This document shows positions 59,601 through 64,000 of a stretch of DNA of 64,000 bases, piece after piece. This DNA is from Leptogorgia sarmentosa. Taxonomy: Eukaryota. A program made the position numbers and the translations under genes. The notes under the pieces were generated by a model. The model was not told the origin of the DNA. It made no database searches and saw only the letters and a program-made list of their open reading frames with translations. The stretch lies in the NCBI GenBank assembly GCA_964658305.1, contig OZ210884.1, positions 4,836,001 to 4,900,000 of the forward strand. The letters are read 5' to 3'. Positions within the stretch are counted from its first letter, which is position 1, and the number at the start of each line of letters is the position of its first letter.

Positions 59601-61034
59601 ATATAATACCACAGAAGACTAAAATTTGCCTTTAAATATCTACTTAAAAATGTCTACACAATTCAGAAACACTTTTGTATAACCTTTGTCAGCTGGTATT
59701 TTAAAACATCAATAGACCTCGCATGGCACTACGTACCTTGGCAACCAAAACCGCCATAAAGACATAAAAATGAGCCATCTGTGTTTAAGCATTTGCCTGA
59801 ACTATTACATGTACGGTTGTGAGCTTCATCAGCGCATTCATCAATATCTACAACCATCATGAAGTGTTAGTACATAATCATGTACATCACAGCCACGAAA
59901 ATTCTTTTTCATGCAGCATTGTTAGAGTAAATTTCCATCTCAAAATGTAGCCCATTAAACCCAGTAAAGGCAATTTATTTAAGGCAATATATTCTTCACT
60001 TGTACTGAACAACAAATTATTTGAAAGTAGATTATTTAACGAAGAAAGAACTACAATATACTCACCATCATCATCAGTAATGGTGACTGTAGCATTACTT
60101 CGAAATATCTCATCTCTGGGATTATTTGTGGTAAAGAAGACAGTAAAAGTTTCGAATCCTTCAGAATCACTGTCATCTGGTAAGTCTATACTAAAGCAGA
60201 CAGGTGCTGAAGAATTTATCGTTACATGAAGTGCATGAAGTGGTAGTCCCGAACTGTTGTAGTCAACGCCCGTTGCAGTTCCGTCACTCGTGGTTATCCT
60301 AGAAACATACGAATCACGATTAAGGGGCTGTTACTATTTTTTGATTTTGAGGAATTAGAATTAGGGCTTCAGTGTTTTGAGGCTGGATTAGGGTTAAGAT
60401 TGGGAATTGGATTATGGCTGTATTTGGGTTTAAGGTTATAGGCTTTTGGTTATCACAAAAGGGCTAAAAGTATAGAATATTCAACTCCTAAAACGAGATA
60501 GGTACAATTTTCAATGTAAACTTGCCCAGCAATGATATGTTGCAATAGTAAACCAAAGGTCGCGGGTTCGATTCCCACGGAGACCAGGCTAATTTTTCAA
60601 CCTAACATAATCTAGATATTAGATTTAAACATCTAGCAGGATTAGTCGTATATGATCATCAATAGGATCATCCCTTCTTTCTTCCCACCGAATTCAGTGG
60701 GTAAACCAAAGTGAGAATCTATGCATATATTTATACATTAACATTTTCAATTCATAGACTTACATGCCAGTTATTACACTTGTGTAGTTTACCACGACCA
60801 AACAAATTTCTGCTGTATCACCTTCAGCGCCATAATAGAAGTTTCGATCAAATCCAACGATGTTAAGAACACCATATCCTAGGTTATTAAAAACTATGAC
60901 TTATACACAAACTTGGCAGTGTAATTATAACTTTTTCATTCCAATCTGGAAATTTAATTCTTACGTTGTCCTTTTACATGGAAGAACACCAAAACAATCA
61001 GCAGAAAAGTCAATTCCCTCGGCATCATCAACAT
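53643..61034 (-). CDS. Calx-beta/EGF type-I membrane receptor with multi-tyrosine (ITIM/ITAM-like) tail, 718 aa
   Basis: Exons (minus): 61034-60965 (signal [22 protein letters not shown]), 60878-60764, 60298-60066, 59847-59737, 58998-58884, 58304-58072, 57853-57743, 57100-56990, 56784-56659, 56427-56302, 55799-55674, 55412-55287, 54894-54769, 54070-53643 = 2157 nt, in frame. Calx-beta: [11 protein letters not shown]...[13 protein letters not shown]...[35 protein letters not shown]. Confidence 0.88.
54397..54612. mobile_element. hAT-like MITE with poly-G
   Basis: cagtggttgcgcc / ggcgccacccctg. Confidence 0.55.
56025..56261. mobile_element. PIF/Harbinger-like MITE
   Basis: ~55-bp TIRs (aggcccac..gac..cgattcggt.acgcgac.cgatttt), TAA flanks; absent from the paralogous intron at ~55230. 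Confidence 0.8.
58548..58647 (+). mobile_element. 5'-truncated tRNA-derived SINE with 13-bp TSD
   Basis: B-box GGTTCGATTCCC at 58570-58581; caatgatatgttg at 58535-58547 and 58648-58660. Confidence 0.75.
60543..60600 (+). mobile_element. Duplicated, 3'-deleted copy of the same SINE
   Basis: aaggtcgcgggttcgattcccacggagaccaggctaatttttca; 3' part and right TSD missing. Confidence 0.7.
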
Positions 61035-61859
61035 CTAGTTAACTAAAACAAATACATGGTATACCTCCGTTAGCATTTTCAAGGGATGCAAACCACGCTC
61101 AACACCAAAGATATTTCTTACAATTTATTGTTAATACTGTATATTACTCAGCATGAATCTTTCTCATGCCATTTCATCACGAGTATGATTTTGCCTACTT
61201 TACATGTTACCTATACTCGCGACCATGAAGCACAGTTCGGTTTACAAAAGTGATGAAACTAGGCGGAAATTTTGTTCCAGCCACAGGAGACAAAATGTTT
61301 GCCAAGAAACTCGAAACTCCTGCATAGGTTGGAGAATTCACAAAGGACGCAATGTGTCTCAAAGGAACTTCTGGCTTATGGATTTTTGGTAAACATTTCA
61401 GAGATCATTTATATCCAGGAGTACGAGAGTATGGACTTTTTTTCCAAAAGAGTTAACATCAATGAACAAAAGTTTAAGTCGCTTCAAGAATGATCTCTAT
61501 GAATATTACAAATCCGCTCTGAACATTTACGAAGCTGAAAACCTAGAACATGGAAGTCTATAACTACAAGTTAATATCTGTCTTGTAACTACAAGTTCCG
61601 TAATTTGTATTCTTAAATTTCATGTTGTTATTAATTCTTATGTGTATCCCTGTGTTCGTTTGTTAAACTTCTTTTATATTACTAAAGATCTATGTAGAAT
61701 GTAGAATGTGTCTTGTTCGTTTTGTAAGGGATGCCGTAATTGCATGGCGTTAAGCTGTGGCATATAGCTACCCTGCCTTATATTCTTGTGTATATCTGTG
61801 TAGATATGATTGTGTGAAATTGACAAAGCATAATAAATATATAAATAAATAAATAAGTA

Positions 61860-61990
61860 AACTCACTGATTTTATTGGGTTTTGTCAAGCGAAGTAACTT
61901 AGCGTTTAAATCTCTTTGAGTCTTTCCAGTGGGATCAGTTTGAGAATAATTATATTCGTATTTTGTCATTAACAACATTGTATTTTTGAC
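61860..61990 (-). mobile_element. Possible decayed Penelope-like ORF fragment
   Basis: TDPTGKTQRDLNAKLLRLTKPNKI resembles the Y..L..DPT...LN..L segment upstream of PLE reverse transcriptase. Confidence 0.45.
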
Positions 61991-63900
61991 GCGATAGCTA
62001 CCAATGTGTTTAATGACCATTTTGCTCCCTAGACTGATTCAAGCCCCAACCAACTGAGCTGTTGTATACATGCGTAATACTGTATATATTATTCCTTTTC
62101 GTGCATGGGATTACCCTTATAATAATTCCGCGTAAGTCAAATCCTATTCGGTAACATTAGCTACTTAGGCATTTTGAGCAAGCAATCGCTGTGTTTGGCC
62201 ACAAAGTTGAAATAGAAGCCAATCTACAAACTTCAGTCATTCCATTCGATAGAATTACTGTGAACGTCATAATTTTTCATTCGGTCCTTTAATAAAATGA
62301 CAATAAGTGCAAGCTTATTAGGCGATCCTACTGGAATTATTGAAAGTATGATTAAGATTCTTGAGATAAGTACTTCTATAATCCGACATGTTAGCATTTG
62401 TCTATTAATCCAATTTTCTGTAGTAATAATATTAAATATTGATGACAATACTTAGGATTTACATGATTTACCTTTCGTAATTCAAGATCCAGGATGATGA
62501 CAATACTGCGTGCCAAATCAATTCTAATTTTTTCTAAACAACTTGATAGCCTCGATATTCCTTGATCGTTCAGTTATCACTTGTTCCGTGACCAAGTATT
62601 TTAAAAGCTTTTTACGAAATTGTCTTAAAGTATTTGTTGCATGGCAGCCAAGACTGTTGTCTGTATCACTCTCCATGTGCCCTCATTTTTTCCGCTTCTT
62701 AAACGTAATATCTTTACAAAGCCGAGATAATTCTGCATGTAAAATTTGATAATTGCGTGCAGGCATGCAACGCAAGTCAACCCTAGCCCGTTGATATGGA
62801 AATATGGATTTTTTTGTTCGGTTGACAAGGATATACCAGGAGTAAGCGAATTGAACCACTGTGATAGCGATATCCTTGTTCATATTTCCGCATTAATTTT
62901 CTAATTATTCAGTTTTTTACAGAAAACAATTGCCCAATTATCCTCATAACTGACCCGAGCATTAAAACACAATGGTAAAATATCGAGATTACCATAAATA
63001 ACCTCGCAAGTGAAACTAAACTGAAATACTGAATTGTTCAAATTTGAATGGCTTAACCTGGCGAATATAACTTGCGATTTAATCATGTATGCGAAGTTTG
63101 TCTTTTAGATTTTAAAAGTTAAGAAGCAGCTTCAAATTTCCGATTCGTGGGCTTACAAAGTTCAGATATTTCAAGCACGCAATTTCAACAAAATTTATTA
63201 TACGCACCTATAGAAATACCTTTTGCATCTTAGCATTCGACCACCAAGCTAATACATTAAAATTTCAACAAAAATACACTTAAAAACTTGTGAAAAACAA
63301 AAATTCCACACCTTTATTACATGAGTTGAAGTATACCTCTGTTGTAAGCCATGTACTTAGCTACCTAGTGTCACGCCAGATATACACGTACGCCTCGCTG
63401 TGACGAAAGAAGGAAAGGATTTTCAACAAACAAGGGCCATTTTTTTATCAGAGTTCTCGTCATGGTAATGAATTTTTGTTTGGAAATTTTAGATTGAAGT
63501 TTTTATTTATTTATTTAATTTAATGTGGAAGTCTTCAGATTTTTTTCGAGGGGGGGGGGGGGGGATGTATTGTTTATAACGACTTTGCAAAACAAAAAAA
63601 TGAGGTACAAGTTCTGTTTCAAGCCAGAGGTCATGTTCACTAACCAACAGTCTAAAATATAATTTTTTCTTTCATACCTTCTTAATGTGTCTTTGACAAA
63701 TAATCAAGTACAATGACCAAAAAGACATATGCGAGAATTGAAAGAACGACATTGAGAACAATTATAGCTGTACCTTAAAACAAATTCATAGGAACTTTAC
63801 TGTACCTCATTTACTGGTAATACATTTAAAGTGTATCGTGGTTGAATTCCGTGCTTGAGTATCGTGATTGAAGTCCGTGGTTGAAGTTCTTCAACCACGA

Positions 63901-64000
63901 CCCTTACAAAAATAAACTATAGTTTCTTTCGCCGAAACTATAGTTTAAAAAACTGTAGTAATTTGGAACAAAAACTATAGTTAAAATTAACTAAAGTTTC
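63901..64000. mobile_element. Second copy (TIR, cut by window edge) of the 52487 element
   Basis: Near-identical to 52487-52586. Confidence 0.85.

Larger units (their letters stand above)
57576..60984. repeat. Recent intragenic tandem duplication (57576-59104 vs 59567-60984) of the Calx-beta + EGF unit
   Basis: Exons and introns near-identical, offset 1994 then 1880 nt. Confidence 0.93.

Noticed and set aside
62470..62890. Additional upstream coding exons of the receptor
   Set aside because: The signal-peptide exon at 61034-60965 already completes the model; these short ORFs show no recognisable domain

Overview
AT-rich, intron-rich animal genomic DNA. An invertebrate, possibly a cnidarian such as an octocoral, is inferred from gene content but cannot be proven from the window. 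Most six-frame ORFs are exon fragments or noise, so the gene models below were rebuilt by hand from GT/GC-AG sites and reading-frame phase. (1) 243-34134 (+): the 3' ~50 exons of a very large type-I membrane protein whose 5' end lies outside the window. It contains VWD-C8 x3, EGFs, three LDLR-class-B-like propeller modules, a run of 19 EGF/cbEGF exons, SEA x2, a TM helix and a short tail, with GDPH and GSVV autocleavage motifs. (2) 36020-50997 (+): three tandem secreted coiled-coil + fibrinogen-domain (FReD) lectin genes that are mosaic and vary mainly at the ligand-site loop. (3) 53643-61034 (-): a complete 718-aa receptor (signal peptide, [Calx-beta + 5-Cys EGF] x2, 6 EGF, TM, six-tyrosine ITIM/ITAM-like tail). 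Introns and spacers hold many MITEs, some with TSDs and empty paralogous sites, a tRNA-derived SINE, Penelope-like remnants, and an inverted Penelope pLTR-like pair carrying a minimal hammerhead ribozyme motif inside an FReD intron.
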